DNA of 64,000 bases, taken from assembly GCA_019058315.1 (NCBI GenBank), contig JAHPZH010000006.1, forward strand, positions 96,001 to 160,000, written 5' to 3'. Positions 1-10,630 of this stretch are shown piece after piece. Every line of letters begins with the position of its first letter. Positions within the stretch are counted from its first letter, which is position 1. The notes under the pieces were generated by a model. The model did no database searches. It saw nothing but the letters and a program-made list of their open reading frames with translations, and was not told the origin of the DNA. Source of the DNA: Candidatus Helarchaeota archaeon (lineage in GTDB: Archaea; Asgardarchaeota; Lokiarchaeia; Helarchaeales; RDOG01). The position numbers and the translations under genes were made by a program.

Positions 1-600
1 CAAATTGAAAAGATTGATTTAAATCTCATTGATAAAAATCCTGTTAAATGTCCGGATGAGTTGGTAGCCAAAAAAATGGAAAATCTAATTAGAGATATAA
101 AAAAGCAGGGAGATTCTATTGGTGGAATTATTGAAATTATTGCAAGTGGAGTTCCAGCAGGTTTAGGAGAACCTATTTTTGATAAACTTTCAGCTGATAT
201 AGCAAAAGCCCTAATGTCAATCGGCTCGGTTAAAGGGGTAGAAATAGGTTCTGGATTTCAAGCTGCTAAAATGAAAGGTTCAGAACATAATGATGAATTT
301 ATTCTTGAAAAAGGAAACATTCGGTTGAAAACAAATTTTTCAGGTGGAATATTAGGTGGAATTTCAACAGGCGAGGAAATTGTTGTTAGAATTGCAGTTA
401 AACCGATTTCATCAATTTCAAAAAAACAAAACACAATTAATATCAAGAGTATGAAGCCTGAAGAAATAAGTGTGGAAGGTAGACATGATGTAACAAGTGT
501 AATTAGATTGATTCCTGTTGCAGAGGCAATGATTGCTCTCGTCTTAATAGATCATTTCTTAAGAAATAAATTAGCAAAAATAGATAATATTCTAATATAA
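1..600 (+). CDS. aroC: Chorismate synthase, C-terminal part (5' truncated by window edge)
   Basis: Frame open from base 1; motifs GDSIGG, GLGEPIFDKL, SIGSVKGVEIG, GGILGGISTG, GRHD. Confidence 0.95.
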   Translation, partial: QIEKIDLNLIDKNPVKCPDELVAKKMENLIRDIKKQGDSIGGIIEIIASGVPAGLGEPIFDKLSADIAKALMSIGSVKGVEIGSGFQAAKMKGSEHNDEFILEKGNIRLKTNFSGGILGGISTGEEIVVRIAVKPISSISKKQNTINIKSMKPEEISVEGRHDVTSVIRLIPVAEAMIALVLIDHFLRNKLAKIDNILI

Positions 601-609
601 TGATATTTA

Positions 610-1890
610 TTAATTTTTGATATTGTTTTTAATGACATTTTTAATAATTTGGAAAAAACTGGGGAAGGACTTTGAAACACACTCTGTATCTTTAATTACA
701 ACCTTTCCAGTTTTAAGACTGGCGATGGTAAAGCTCATTGCAATTCTATGGTCATTATAAGTATTTATTTCTGCAGTTTTAAATTTACCTTTTTTAATAA
801 TTAATCCTGTTGGTAATTCCTCAACTTGTGCACCAATTTTCTTCAATTCAGTTGCAAGTGCTTTTAAACGATCAGTTTCCTTATATTTTAAATGTTCTAC
901 GTTCTGAATATGCGTTTTACCCTCTGCAAATGCTCCTATAACTGCCAAAGTTGGAACTAAGTCGGGATAATCCTTCATATCAATTGAAATACCATTAAGA
1001 TCGTCCCCCTCTACTTCAATCCAACTTTGTCCATATTTAATTCTACATCCCATTTTCTTTAATATGTCCAAAAATATTTTATCTCCTTGAGAGGAATTAT
1101 AATTTAAATTATTTATTTTAATTTTACCTCTCAATACTGCAGCAATGCCAAAAAAATAAGAAGCAGAGCTAAAATCTCCCTCTATGGTATATTCTTTTGA
1201 AATAAATTGCTGATTTGCTGGTATGAAAAATTTCTTATATTCTTCATTAATCACTTCTCCTCCAAAATGCTTTATTGTATCTAAAGTCAAATCTATGTAA
1301 GGTCTTGATTTAATTGCACTAAAAGAATGAATTTCCACATCTTTTTTAGCTTTAACGCAACTTATTAATAAAGAACTAAAAAATTGTGAACTCTTTTCCC
1401 CTCTTAAATTTGTTATTCCTCCTCTAATTCCTCCTCCTTCGACTATTATGGGAGGACAATCATTCTTATTAATAGAATAAATATTTACCCCCAAATCTTT
1501 TAAAGCATGTATCAAATCACCAATAGGGCGCTCATTCATTCTATTATCGCCAATTATTTCAACTTGATTATTTTTCATTAAAGCTGAATAACTAGCAATA
1601 AACCTCATAGTAGTTCCGGAATTTCCAACATAAATTTTGTGTAATGGAGGATTTAATGGGCATTCTTTCCCTATTATTTGTAAATTACTATTTAATTTTT
1701 TTATTTTTGGTCCAAATGCAGAACATGCCATTATTGAATAATTTGTATCGTCCGAAAATAGACAATTTTTTATTAGACTAGTTCCATTTGCAAGAGATGC
1801 TATGAAAATTGCTCTATGAGTTAAACTTTTTGATGGTGGAGCCGTCAATTCAGTATTTAAATTATTTAATTTATTAAATTTTACACTCAA
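610..1890 (-). CDS. aroA: EPSP synthase
   Basis: PPSKSLTHRA, GNSGTTMRF, SSQFFS, KETDR, DHRIAM motifs; TTG start. Confidence 0.96.
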   Translation of the reverse strand: MSVKFNKLNNLNTELTAPPSKSLTHRAIFIASLANGTSLIKNCLFSDDTNYSIMACSAFGPKIKKLNSNLQIIGKECPLNPPLHKIYVGNSGTTMRFIASYSALMKNNQVEIIGDNRMNERPIGDLIHALKDLGVNIYSINKNDCPPIIVEGGGIRGGITNLRGEKSSQFFSSLLISCVKAKKDVEIHSFSAIKSRPYIDLTLDTIKHFGGEVINEEYKKFFIPANQQFISKEYTIEGDFSSASYFFGIAAVLRGKIKINNLNYNSSQGDKIFLDILKKMGCRIKYGQSWIEVEGDDLNGISIDMKDYPDLVPTLAVIGAFAEGKTHIQNVEHLKYKETDRLKALATELKKIGAQVEELPTGLIIKKGKFKTAEINTYNDHRIAMSFTIASLKTGKVVIKDTECVSKSFPSFFQIIKNVIKNNIKN

Positions 1891-2064
1891 AAAATTCTCT
1901 CTTTAACTTAATTAATCAAAAATACATGTAAGGTTTTAAATTTTTAGGTAAATTTTTCAAATCTTAGTGAAAAAAGAATGATTAATAGAACCATATACTA
2001 TAACTAAATAATAATTTCAACACTTGTATTTTAATTTGATATATTTATCATAGAGGCATAACTT

Positions 2065-2598
2065 ATGGAAAAAAGTAATATTGCATTAATAGGATTTATG
2101 GGAACTGGAAAAACTACCATTGGGGAAAAATTAGCAGAAATTTTAAAATTGAATTTTATCGAACTTGATGAATTCATTGAAGATTTAGCTGGAAAGACAA
2201 TTCCTCAAATTTTTAAAGAAGATGGGGAAATTCGTTTCCGTGAATATGAAATCGAAGCATGTAAAAAAGTCTCTATAAGAGATAATGTAATAATTGCTTG
2301 TGGTGGAGGAGTAGTCTTAAACAAAATCAATATTGATTATTTAAAAGAAAAAGCTATAATAATTTATTTGGAAGCCTCACCAGCAGTAATATATGATAGG
2401 ACAATGAATGAAGGAAAAGAAAAGCGCCCATTATTAAATAATCCAAATCCAATGAAATCTATTAAGGATTTATTAGAATATAGAGCCCCTTTTTATAAAG
2501 CTGCAGCTCAATATACAATTAATACAGAAAAGGATATCCATTCAATAATTAATGAAATCATTGAAATTTTTAAAAAAGAAAAAAAAATAAATGATTAG
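2065..2598 (+). CDS. aroK: Shikimate kinase (bacterial/NMP-kinase type)
   Basis: IGFMGTGKTT P-loop, GE.RFRE.E, ACGGG, RPLL. Confidence 0.95.
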   Translation: MEKSNIALIGFMGTGKTTIGEKLAEILKLNFIELDEFIEDLAGKTIPQIFKEDGEIRFREYEIEACKKVSIRDNVIIACGGGVVLNKINIDYLKEKAIIIYLEASPAVIYDRTMNEGKEKRPLLNNPNPMKSIKDLLEYRAPFYKAAAQYTINTEKDIHSIINEIIEIFKKEKKIND

Positions 2599-2608
2599 AT
2601 GTGGTATT

Positions 2609-2743
2609 TTAAGGCCAAGGCCAAGGAGAAAAAGGATCTGCGCCAGTGCTCGTGAAAATAGTTTCACCCAGTGCAAATTTTAGAAATAATAGAAATATTG
2701 GCATTACGTTGCTTTCTTTTAATTCAGAATAGGTATTATTCAT
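2609..2743 (-). CDS. Possible 44-aa small protein ending GADPFSPWPWP
   Basis: Hand translation MNNTYSELKESNVMPIFLLFLKFALGETIFTSTGADPFSPWPWP*; below the ORF-track cutoff; no family recognised. Confidence 0.25.
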   Translation of the reverse strand: MNNTYSELKESNVMPIFLLFLKFALGETIFTSTGADPFSPWPWP

Positions 2744-3006
2744 TTTTTATCACAGTTTTTTTTGGATGCTTTTTTTTTCCATTTTTTCCTATTTAAACCG
2801 CAATATTTTCTATTCTTACTCAAATAACCATTTAAAACTCTCTTGATAATTCAGATGTGATTAATGCTAAAATGTGGGAGAGATGGAAAAAAAAGTAATA
2901 TTATATTTTTTCATTTCCCTTTTTGAAACAAATTTTAAATTTTAAAATCAAAATTATTAAGAAAAAATAGAAGAATAAATTTATTTTTCTGAAAATTTTA
3001 AAATAA

Positions 3007-3885
3007 ATGGTGAAATTTTTGATAGAAACGGAGTTAAGCGGCAAAACAAAGGTTGTTATACTAATAGGAAATCCTGTGGAGCATAGTATGTCTCCTAAAA
3101 TGCATACTACTGCTTTTAAAGAAGTCGGAGTTAATGCTATATATGTTGCGACCAAAGTGGAAAAAAATAACTTAAAAACTGCTGTTGAATCTATAAGAGC
3201 ATTAAATTTCTTAGGAGCAAATGTAACAATTCCCCATAAAGTTGCTGTTATGAAATTTGTAGACGAAATAGAACCTATTGCTAGAGATATTGGAGCGGTT
3301 AATACAATAGTAAACAAAGAAGGAAAATTAATAGCAACCAATACTGATGGATTAGGTTTCATGAGATCAATGAAAGAAGCAGGAGTTAAATTAAAGGGGA
3401 TTAATGCGGTTATGGTTGGAGCAGGAGGAGTTGCAAGAGCGATTTCATTCAATTTATTGCATGAAATTAATCAGTTGAAAATAACTGATATTAAGAAGAA
3501 GGTTATTGATAGCCTTGTTTCTAATTTAAAACAGAGATTTGGTAATAAAGTTACATCTTTTAATCTAAATGGAAAAAATTTAAAAACCGAATTAGAAAAA
3601 GCTGATTTATTATTAAATTGTACACCAATCGGCATGTTTCCAAAAAATAAAGAAACTCCTGTCCCTAAGGAATTTTTACGAAAAGATTTGACTGTATTTG
3701 ATGCTATTTATAATCCGATTGAAACTCTTCTAATAAAAAATGCAAAACAAATAGGAGCAAAGACTATAGGTGGTAGTAAAATGTTTTTATACCAAGGAGT
3801 AGAAGCTTTTGAACTATGGACAGAGAAAAAAGCACCAATAAAATTAATGGAAACTATAATAAATGAAAATTTAATAAAGAAATAA
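3007..3885 (+). CDS. aroE: Shikimate dehydrogenase
   Basis: GNPVEHSMSP, NVTIPHK, GAVNT, NTDG, GAGGVA, NCTPIGM. Confidence 0.96.
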   Translation: MVKFLIETELSGKTKVVILIGNPVEHSMSPKMHTTAFKEVGVNAIYVATKVEKNNLKTAVESIRALNFLGANVTIPHKVAVMKFVDEIEPIARDIGAVNTIVNKEGKLIATNTDGLGFMRSMKEAGVKLKGINAVMVGAGGVARAISFNLLHEINQLKITDIKKKVIDSLVSNLKQRFGNKVTSFNLNGKNLKTELEKADLLLNCTPIGMFPKNKETPVPKEFLRKDLTVFDAIYNPIETLLIKNAKQIGAKTIGGSKMFLYQGVEAFELWTEKKAPIKLMETIINENLIKK

Positions 3886-3895
3886 ATCATTTTTC

Positions 3896-4576
3896 CTATT
3901 TAATTTTAGAAAAAATTTCTAATATTTTATGCATATTATCTATATTAATCTGACCAGGTGCAGTTAATTCTTCTATGGAAGCAAAAGTAAAAAAAGCACC
4001 AAAATATGGTGAAAAAATTCGTGAAAATATACCTTTTTCACCCATAGCAAAAGCAACTATTTTGTCTCTCGCATGTTTAATCAGTGATAAAATTCTAAGA
4101 TTATCATCAATATTATTTGCAGTAGTTATAATCTTTGAAATATACCCACTGATTTCTTCAATTTTTAATAGAATTTTTTGGAGTTCATTTAATTTAGGGG
4201 TATATGAAAAATTATGATAAGAAATGATTGTTTTGACATTTAATTTTTCAGCTAATTTTATGAGTTTATTAATATTAAATGTAGAATATTCAACATCAAC
4301 AAATTCTGGCTTAAATTCAATACATTTCTTTAAAATTTGTATTCTTTCTTCTTCTGAAGACTTTAAATGTCCTCCTTCATCTTTTTTTCTTACAGTAAAT
4401 ATTTTAGGAGCTTCAATTCTTTCTAATAATTGATTTAATTCTATATCAGAAATATTTTCAAAATAATCTAATCGAATTTCAATTAAATCTGCACCTTTTT
4501 TAATTGCATCATTAGCTTTTTTTATAGCCATTTCAGAATTTTCTGCAGCAATTGCAACACAAATCGTTTTTAAAAT
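3896..4576 (-). CDS. aroD: Type I 3-dehydroquinate dehydratase (start uncertain, upstream of the ATG at 4531)
   Basis: DLIEIRLD, IFTVRK..EGG, ISYHNF, AMGEKG..SR, APGQ; in-frame LKTICVAI upstream of the ATG matches the usual N-terminal strand. Confidence 0.92.
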   Translation of the reverse strand: MLKTICVAIAAENSEMAIKKANDAIKKGADLIEIRLDYFENISDIELNQLLERIEAPKIFTVRKKDEGGHLKSSEEERIQILKKCIEFKPEFVDVEYSTFNINKLIKLAEKLNVKTIISYHNFSYTPKLNELQKILLKIEEISGYISKIITTANNIDDNLRILSLIKHARDKIVAFAMGEKGIFSRIFSPYFGAFFTFASIEELTAPGQINIDNMHKILEIFSKIK

Positions 4577-4600
4577 CTCCTTAGCTTCATAATATTTTAT

Positions 4601-5686
4601 TTATTTTTCTATGATAAATTCATTCTCTACTAATTTACCGAAATGTCGACCGCCATGTTTATAATACACTAAAATCTCATCACCGACCTTAAGCTTTGAG
4701 ACTGAAATTGCCTTTTTATCTTTATTAACGAGTCTTATTGTTTCTGCATTTTGAACAATTGTTTTAAGGATTTCACTATTAATTTGTGCCTCAATTAATA
4801 TTAAAGGACGTTTTTCAATTTTTGAACGACCGATAATAGCTTTGCGACATGAACCGTTTGAATCAACTATTAAAACGTCATCCCCTGCTTTAATCTCAGA
4901 TAAATATTGTGTTTTACCATTTGGTAATAATATATACGCATGAACAGCTCCAGCATTTACTCTAAAAGGACGAGATGCAACAAATTCCGTATCAAAAGTT
5001 TCACTATGAATAAGAAATAACCCCTTTGATTGGGATCCAATAAGCATACCTTCGCCTATATTTAAAATTGAACAAGTATCCAAACATACTCTATCTCCTG
5101 ACCCTACTTCTTTAATTTTTGTGACTTTTGCTATACCAAGTTCAATAGTTATAGATTCTTCTAATAAATTTTTTATTTCTTTGATTTCATTGATTGATTT
5201 TAATGGAATCAATACACCATCTGAGCCAATTTCTAGCGTTTCTAACATTAATTTTGCTTCGGTTAAATCTTCGACTTCAACTATTAATTGCGTATTAGTT
5301 TTATGTAAATCTGCTATTATATTTTCAAGTGGAATAATCTTCCAATCCGCACCCTTAACTATTACAATCTCAGCCCCTAATTTGGAAGCTCTAATTACCA
5401 ATTCTTCATCTTCTTTATTTTTTATTATTATATAGCTTCCAATACGCTGGTCTTTCTTTAAAGTCAATTCATAATCTTCTTTTTCCTTAATAAGAAGAAT
5501 ATCTGGGTTGAGATCTTTATTAAAGGAATATAAAGTAATGGACCCAAATTCTCGTACCTTGTTTGCAATTGTATTGTCATTTGTAAAAAAATTTGTTAAT
5601 CCATTGATAACAGCTTCTGAAGCAATCTTTTTTACAGAATTCCAGTTGTCTTCTAATTTAATTATAAATAATTTTATCCTCATCAC
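4601..5686 (-). CDS. aroB': 3-dehydroquinate synthase II (archaeal type)
   Basis: WKIIPLENIIA, GDRVCLDTCS, RPFRVNAGAVHAY, KIEKRPL, QNAETIRL, GRHFG. Confidence 0.94.
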   Translation of the reverse strand: MMRIKLFIIKLEDNWNSVKKIASEAVINGLTNFFTNDNTIANKVREFGSITLYSFNKDLNPDILLIKEKEDYELTLKKDQRIGSYIIIKNKEDEELVIRASKLGAEIVIVKGADWKIIPLENIIADLHKTNTQLIVEVEDLTEAKLMLETLEIGSDGVLIPLKSINEIKEIKNLLEESITIELGIAKVTKIKEVGSGDRVCLDTCSILNIGEGMLIGSQSKGLFLIHSETFDTEFVASRPFRVNAGAVHAYILLPNGKTQYLSEIKAGDDVLIVDSNGSCRKAIIGRSKIEKRPLILIEAQINSEILKTIVQNAETIRLVNKDKKAISVSKLKVGDEILVYYKHGGRHFGKLVENEFIIEK

Positions 5687-5746
5687 CTTTATTTATTAAA
5701 ATAATTAAAGTAATAAAAAATCTTTAAATTATAAAAATGAAAGACC

Positions 5747-6826
5747 TTATATATAATTCTTCATTATAGCCATTTCAGCTCCTAATAAAGATGCCCCCGC
5801 TGCACCTCGGATTGTATTATGGCTAATTAGACATAGGTTTATTGATGAATTATCTACACCTTTCCTAATTCTTCCAACGCTTATTGCCATACCTGGTACC
5901 GTCCCCGCTAATCTATCTAATCTAGGCTGTGGTCTATTTATTTCTTTACGAACAATTATTGGGTCTTTGGGAGCATATGTAAGGTTTTCCTTGTATTTTA
6001 AAAATTCTGGAATTCCTTTAAAATCTCCTAATATTTTTTCTACTTTTTGGATATCCTCAATTTTTTCTTTTGTATTAATATATAAAGTTTCAAAATGTCC
6101 ATCTGTGACTGGAACTCTAGTACACGTGCTAGCGATTGGAAAACCTGCATTTATTATAGAATCTTTTTCTAAATTACCTAATATTTTTAAGACTTCTGAT
6201 TCAACTTTTTCTTCTTCTCCAGCAATAAATGGTATAACATTATCATTAATCAACAAACCAGGAACTCCCGGAATTCCAGAACCAGAGATTGCCTGCCAAG
6301 TATTAGCAATTACACTCTTAATACCAAATTCATCATAAATTGGTTTAAGGACCATAGCTAAGCCTACTGTTGTACAATTAGGATCAGTAACAATTGCGCC
6401 TGACCATTTTGTATCTCTTTGTAATTTTACTAACTCTAAATGATCAGCATTTAATTCAGGAATAATTAGTGGGACATCCCGATCCTGTCTATGGGCACTT
6501 GCTTTACTTTGAATAAAATAACCGGCTTTTGCAAAATCTAGTTCTAATTGTTTAGCTTCCTTAGATGGTAGTGCAGAGAATGCAATATCCGCTTTTTCCA
6601 CTTCATTGGGCTCAGTTAATTTTATTTTCATTTCTGCTATTTCCTCAGGAATATCAACATCAAGATGCCAACTATCTTTTAATCTTTCTTTGTATTTCAA
6701 CCCTGCAGATCTCTTAGAGGCTGCAATATCGACTATATCGAACCAAGGATGCTGACTTAACATATATACTAACCTCTGTCCTACAGTTCCTGTAGATGCT
6801 AATATGACACAGCTTCTTTTTTTCAT
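5747..6826 (-). CDS. asd: Aspartate-semialdehyde dehydrogenase
   Basis: STGTVGQR, PNCTT, QAISGSG, CTRVPV.DGH, HNTIRGAAG. Confidence 0.95.
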   Translation of the reverse strand: MKKRSCVILASTGTVGQRLVYMLSQHPWFDIVDIAASKRSAGLKYKERLKDSWHLDVDIPEEIAEMKIKLTEPNEVEKADIAFSALPSKEAKQLELDFAKAGYFIQSKASAHRQDRDVPLIIPELNADHLELVKLQRDTKWSGAIVTDPNCTTVGLAMVLKPIYDEFGIKSVIANTWQAISGSGIPGVPGLLINDNVIPFIAGEEEKVESEVLKILGNLEKDSIINAGFPIASTCTRVPVTDGHFETLYINTKEKIEDIQKVEKILGDFKGIPEFLKYKENLTYAPKDPIIVRKEINRPQPRLDRLAGTVPGMAISVGRIRKGVDNSSINLCLISHNTIRGAAGASLLGAEMAIMKNYI

Positions 6827-6961
6827 CTTTAATTACCATACTTTTAATTTTCGTAAAAAATGGTTAATTATTATTAATTTTTCTTTTAAATTAATTTTAA
6901 ATCATTATATATTAATGTTAGCCTAGTAAATATTAAGATATAATTGGTAATTTTATTTAAA

Positions 6962-8305
6962 TCAGATTAATTTTTTTTGGAATAGTTTTTTAGAACAAAA
7001 GTTTACATTAAAGACATCAATTTTTTTACCAACAACCAATTTACCATATGTGCCATCAAAACCTATAGGTGAAAAAGAAAAATTACCATTTTTAATTTCT
7101 TTTATTAAATTAATAATTTCTGGTGAAATTTCCTGACTTAGTTTTTCTTCGAGTATGGAATTGTCTAAAAACCACATCTCACATTCATTTCCTAAAAGAT
7201 TGACAATTTTATTATAAATATTTATTATTTTTTTTGACTTTGGGGATTTAATTTGATAATAATAGGCCAAAATTTCTATCAGAGGAACCATATGAATAAA
7301 CTTTTGTTGCTTTGGAGGTAAAAAGCCATACTGTCTATTTGCCCCTTGAATCTTTGATAATTCTAAAGCACGTTCTAAGACTCCAATTGTAAGTTTTTTT
7401 CCACAAATAGGACATTTTTTATCCTTAGGAGTGAATTTCGGTGAATATACACAATAATCATTATTATGTCTTTCTTTTCCTGCTCTATGACCTGAAAGAA
7501 AAAACTTCCCCTCTGTAGGGTTAAATTCACAAGTTCTTATTATAGAATTGGACCTAAATGATTCAATTATTTCGAAGTATGTGAATTGATCTTTATTTAA
7601 CTCTAAACTTGTAAATTCTCTTCCGCAACGATTAAGCCATGTACTATGAGCATCACTATTTGAAATTAAACCAATTTTATCTAATTCAGGAATAAGTCCT
7701 AATATTATTGGATCTGCGCTTAATCCCGTTTCCACGACGTGTATTTCATCAGTTATACCGCCAAAAAAATCTTCTAGATAATTGATTGGATTTTTTGATC
7801 CAAATACTCCTTCAGGGGTCATGATATGAGCGGGAATAAATTCAATAGATTCATTAATATTTAAAATTTCGCTTATTTTATTTCCAACTTCTTCATTATC
7901 TTCACATACTACAAATGGTCTTCCAATAGTATTTTTCACATTCCATAACTCAAATAATCTTATTGTATTAGATATACTTTCAAAATTTGGAAATAAAAAA
8001 ACTATATGAGCCGATTTGCGTTTGTTTTTAAGTGAACAAGTAAATATCAATTCCGTTTGTAAAATAAATTTCACAGATTTTTGTTTTTCTAGTTGAAAAA
8101 TCCCACTATCTTTTTGAGTTTCAACAAGTTGATTTTTTAAATTTTCCAACCATAATTCATGTAAACAATCTCCGGTCCCAAAAACATTTATTCCTTTTTT
8201 AGGTCCGGTTTCAATGAAGTCTGTTAAATTTATTTGACCTACTCCACCAGAATAACCACTATGATAGTGTAAATCTATATTAATTAACATTTTTAATTTT
8301 TCCAA
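6962..8305 (-). CDS. Endonuclease Q / TIGR00375-like PHP-domain protein
   Basis: DLHYHS, GTGD, PAHIMTP, ETGLSAD, SNSDAHS, GREF, GK...GHR, CPICGK..TIGVLER. Confidence 0.85.
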   Translation of the reverse strand: MEKLKMLINIDLHYHSGYSGGVGQINLTDFIETGPKKGINVFGTGDCLHELWLENLKNQLVETQKDSGIFQLEKQKSVKFILQTELIFTCSLKNKRKSAHIVFLFPNFESISNTIRLFELWNVKNTIGRPFVVCEDNEEVGNKISEILNINESIEFIPAHIMTPEGVFGSKNPINYLEDFFGGITDEIHVVETGLSADPIILGLIPELDKIGLISNSDAHSTWLNRCGREFTSLELNKDQFTYFEIIESFRSNSIIRTCEFNPTEGKFFLSGHRAGKERHNNDYCVYSPKFTPKDKKCPICGKKLTIGVLERALELSKIQGANRQYGFLPPKQQKFIHMVPLIEILAYYYQIKSPKSKKIINIYNKIVNLLGNECEMWFLDNSILEEKLSQEISPEIINLIKEIKNGNFSFSPIGFDGTYGKLVVGKKIDVFNVNFCSKKLFQKKLI

Positions 8306-8481
8306 ATTTTAGTAGCTTTAAAATTAAATTAATGTAGAATTTAATATCCAATTTTATTATTAGATTTTCAAGATCTCTTATTTATCAAAAAATTCTTTCA
8401 TTAATACGAAATTGAAGCCTTACTATAAATTTAATAATATTTTATTATACTTATTTAAAAATAAAAGGTTATTTGAAACCA

Positions 8482-9165
8482 TTATAATTTCATAAGAGAA
8501 TTTAAATCTGAAATTTTTGAAATGATAAAATCAGCTCCGCTTGCCAATAATTCTTTTTTAGTATGTAATATACTCTTTTTTCCAATACAAAGAGCTCCAA
8601 TATTCTTACCACATTCCATATCAATTTTATGATCCCCTATAATAATTACTTGATCTGCCTTTACTTTTATTTTATTTAAAATATACATTAAATGCTCGGG
8701 ATTTGGTTTTAATTCTTTAACAATATCTCTTGAGGCAATTATATCAATCAAATGTTCAATTTTAGCTTTTTTTAAATAATATTCAATTATTTCTTTTGGT
8801 TCTAGGGTAAATATTGCTAATTTAAAACCTTTATGTTTTAAAATTTTTAATGTTTCTTTAACGTTTGAATCAATTTTATTTTTCTTCGCAGCTTCCCATT
8901 CCCATTTTCGCATTATTTTATCTACATCATTTGAAATTGAATTCAAATCAAAACTAGATTCTTTTTTCAAAATAAAAGCACGAGCCTTATTTAATGTAGT
9001 TAATACTCGATCTTGAATTGAAAAAAAATTTGAAGGAAATTCGAACGCACAATTTAAATATTCAATAACTTCTGAACGTAAAGAAACGTAATTTATTATA
9101 AAATCTACTAAAGTTCCATCAAAATCAAAAATTATCAGCTTTTTATTAAAAAATTTATTAGACAT
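8482..9165 (-). CDS. HAD-superfamily hydrolase
   Basis: FDFDGTL, KPNP, IGD...DM motifs. Confidence 0.9.
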   Translation of the reverse strand: MSNKFFNKKLIIFDFDGTLVDFIINYVSLRSEVIEYLNCAFEFPSNFFSIQDRVLTTLNKARAFILKKESSFDLNSISNDVDKIMRKWEWEAAKKNKIDSNVKETLKILKHKGFKLAIFTLEPKEIIEYYLKKAKIEHLIDIIASRDIVKELKPNPEHLMYILNKIKVKADQVIIIGDHKIDMECGKNIGALCIGKKSILHTKKELLASGADFIISKISDLNSLMKL

Positions 9166-9348
9166 GTATATTCAATATAATTTATAATGTAAATTATCAA
9201 TAATTGAATAATTAAGTGGAATCAAAAATATTCTGACATTAAGTTCTTTACTTGGTGTGTTTAAAATCTCACGTTATTGTATAAACATAACAAAATGAAA
9301 AAAGGTTTTAGTGGCAATTATGAAGATTTTATATTTTAATTCATTCAG

Positions 9349-10392
9349 TTATTTCATTTTTTTAATAAAATCATAAAGTAATCCACGCCAATGATCTCTT
9401 ATACTATATTCAGCACAATTTGTGGCTTCAGATAAAATTTTTTGTGTTAATATTGAATGAAGTTTTAACTTAGTTGAAATCCTTTGATCAGCAGCATAAA
9501 CAGTTGCTACTGTAAAAATATATGGATTTCTCCCTCCACGCTTTTTAATATCTATATTTTTCAGGATCATTCTTGTTTCACTTATAAGTTCTCTTTCATA
9601 AATAGTCGGATTAACATTATAATTTTTTAAACGTGAACTAACTTTTGGATATTTCATAACATTAGAAATAATACGTGAAATATACTCTTCACTTCGACGA
9701 ATTTTATTTCTAAATAAAGTTTTAAATTTTGGTCTCATTTTCAATCTTAATTGAATCATTGCTCGTTCACTAACTCTATGACCCAAAATTTGAAAGGTTT
9801 TTGCAATTTCTTGTATTGTTACAGGAGCAAGGTCCTTATATTCTCGAACCGCCAATAAAAGACACAAAGCAATCAATAAAATATGATTTGTAATTTTATT
9901 TTTTTCTTTAATTATTTTATGGTAGAAATATGCTGCCCTATCTCTAATTTTCGAATTTAAATTCAATTTTGGAATAACCTGATTCAAAGTCTTTAATGCT
10001 CTATAATCAGTTTCTCTCTTTGCAATTCTTGCCCTTAAATCATAATATTTTAATCTTTTAAATAACGCCTGTGATTTAGCAGATAGTGGAATGCCTTGGG
10101 AATCTGAAAAAAAAGAAGAATGTTCATAATCAATAAAACTACCCAATCCATCAATTATGTGCAATCGATCTCCTAATGAAATATAATGTCTAGATGTATT
10201 ACCTATTTTATCACCAACAATAGGATTCATCTTATATGTAGGGGAAACGTATTGTTGAGATATGACTAAACCACAATTTGAGCAAATATATTCTCCTCTT
10301 GAAAAATCTAAAATTACATCTTTATGATTGCATTTTTCAAATGGTTTTTGCTTATGGTCAAAGATTTGTATTTGGGATCTCTTAACACTCAT
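9349..10392 (-). CDS. tfb: Transcription factor B (TFIIB) family protein, divergent paralog
   Basis: N-terminal Zn ribbon (C.H...GEYICSNCGLV), GLGSFI, two cyclin-like repeats with GRNP and late EYSIR. Confidence 0.8.
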   Translation of the reverse strand: MSVKRSQIQIFDHKQKPFEKCNHKDVILDFSRGEYICSNCGLVISQQYVSPTYKMNPIVGDKIGNTSRHYISLGDRLHIIDGLGSFIDYEHSSFFSDSQGIPLSAKSQALFKRLKYYDLRARIAKRETDYRALKTLNQVIPKLNLNSKIRDRAAYFYHKIIKEKNKITNHILLIALCLLLAVREYKDLAPVTIQEIAKTFQILGHRVSERAMIQLRLKMRPKFKTLFRNKIRRSEEYISRIISNVMKYPKVSSRLKNYNVNPTIYERELISETRMILKNIDIKKRGGRNPYIFTVATVYAADQRISTKLKLHSILTQKILSEATNCAEYSIRDHWRGLLYDFIKKMK

Positions 10393-10630
10393 TTTTTTAA
10401 AACCTAATAAATTTTTAAATTACTTATTAGGTTTATTTCCTTTTTTTTGAGCATTTTTAAAAGAAAAAATGAGAAGTATAGGATTTTTAGGTATATATAA
10501 TATGATAATTGTGAATTCAATGGTAACATTCGTTCTATGTAAGATAGAGTATTATGAAACTAATTGATTAATGCAAATAATTTTAAATAAAAAGACAAAT
10601 TAATATATAAAATTCTATACGGTTTTAATT

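Noticed and set aside
2901-3452. 183-aa antisense ORF and other shadow ORFs (e.g. 5121-5435, 5967-6338, 19538-19876, 38234-38593, 46940-47350, 58919-59287)
   Set aside because: They lie opposite well-supported genes and have no recognisable motifs.
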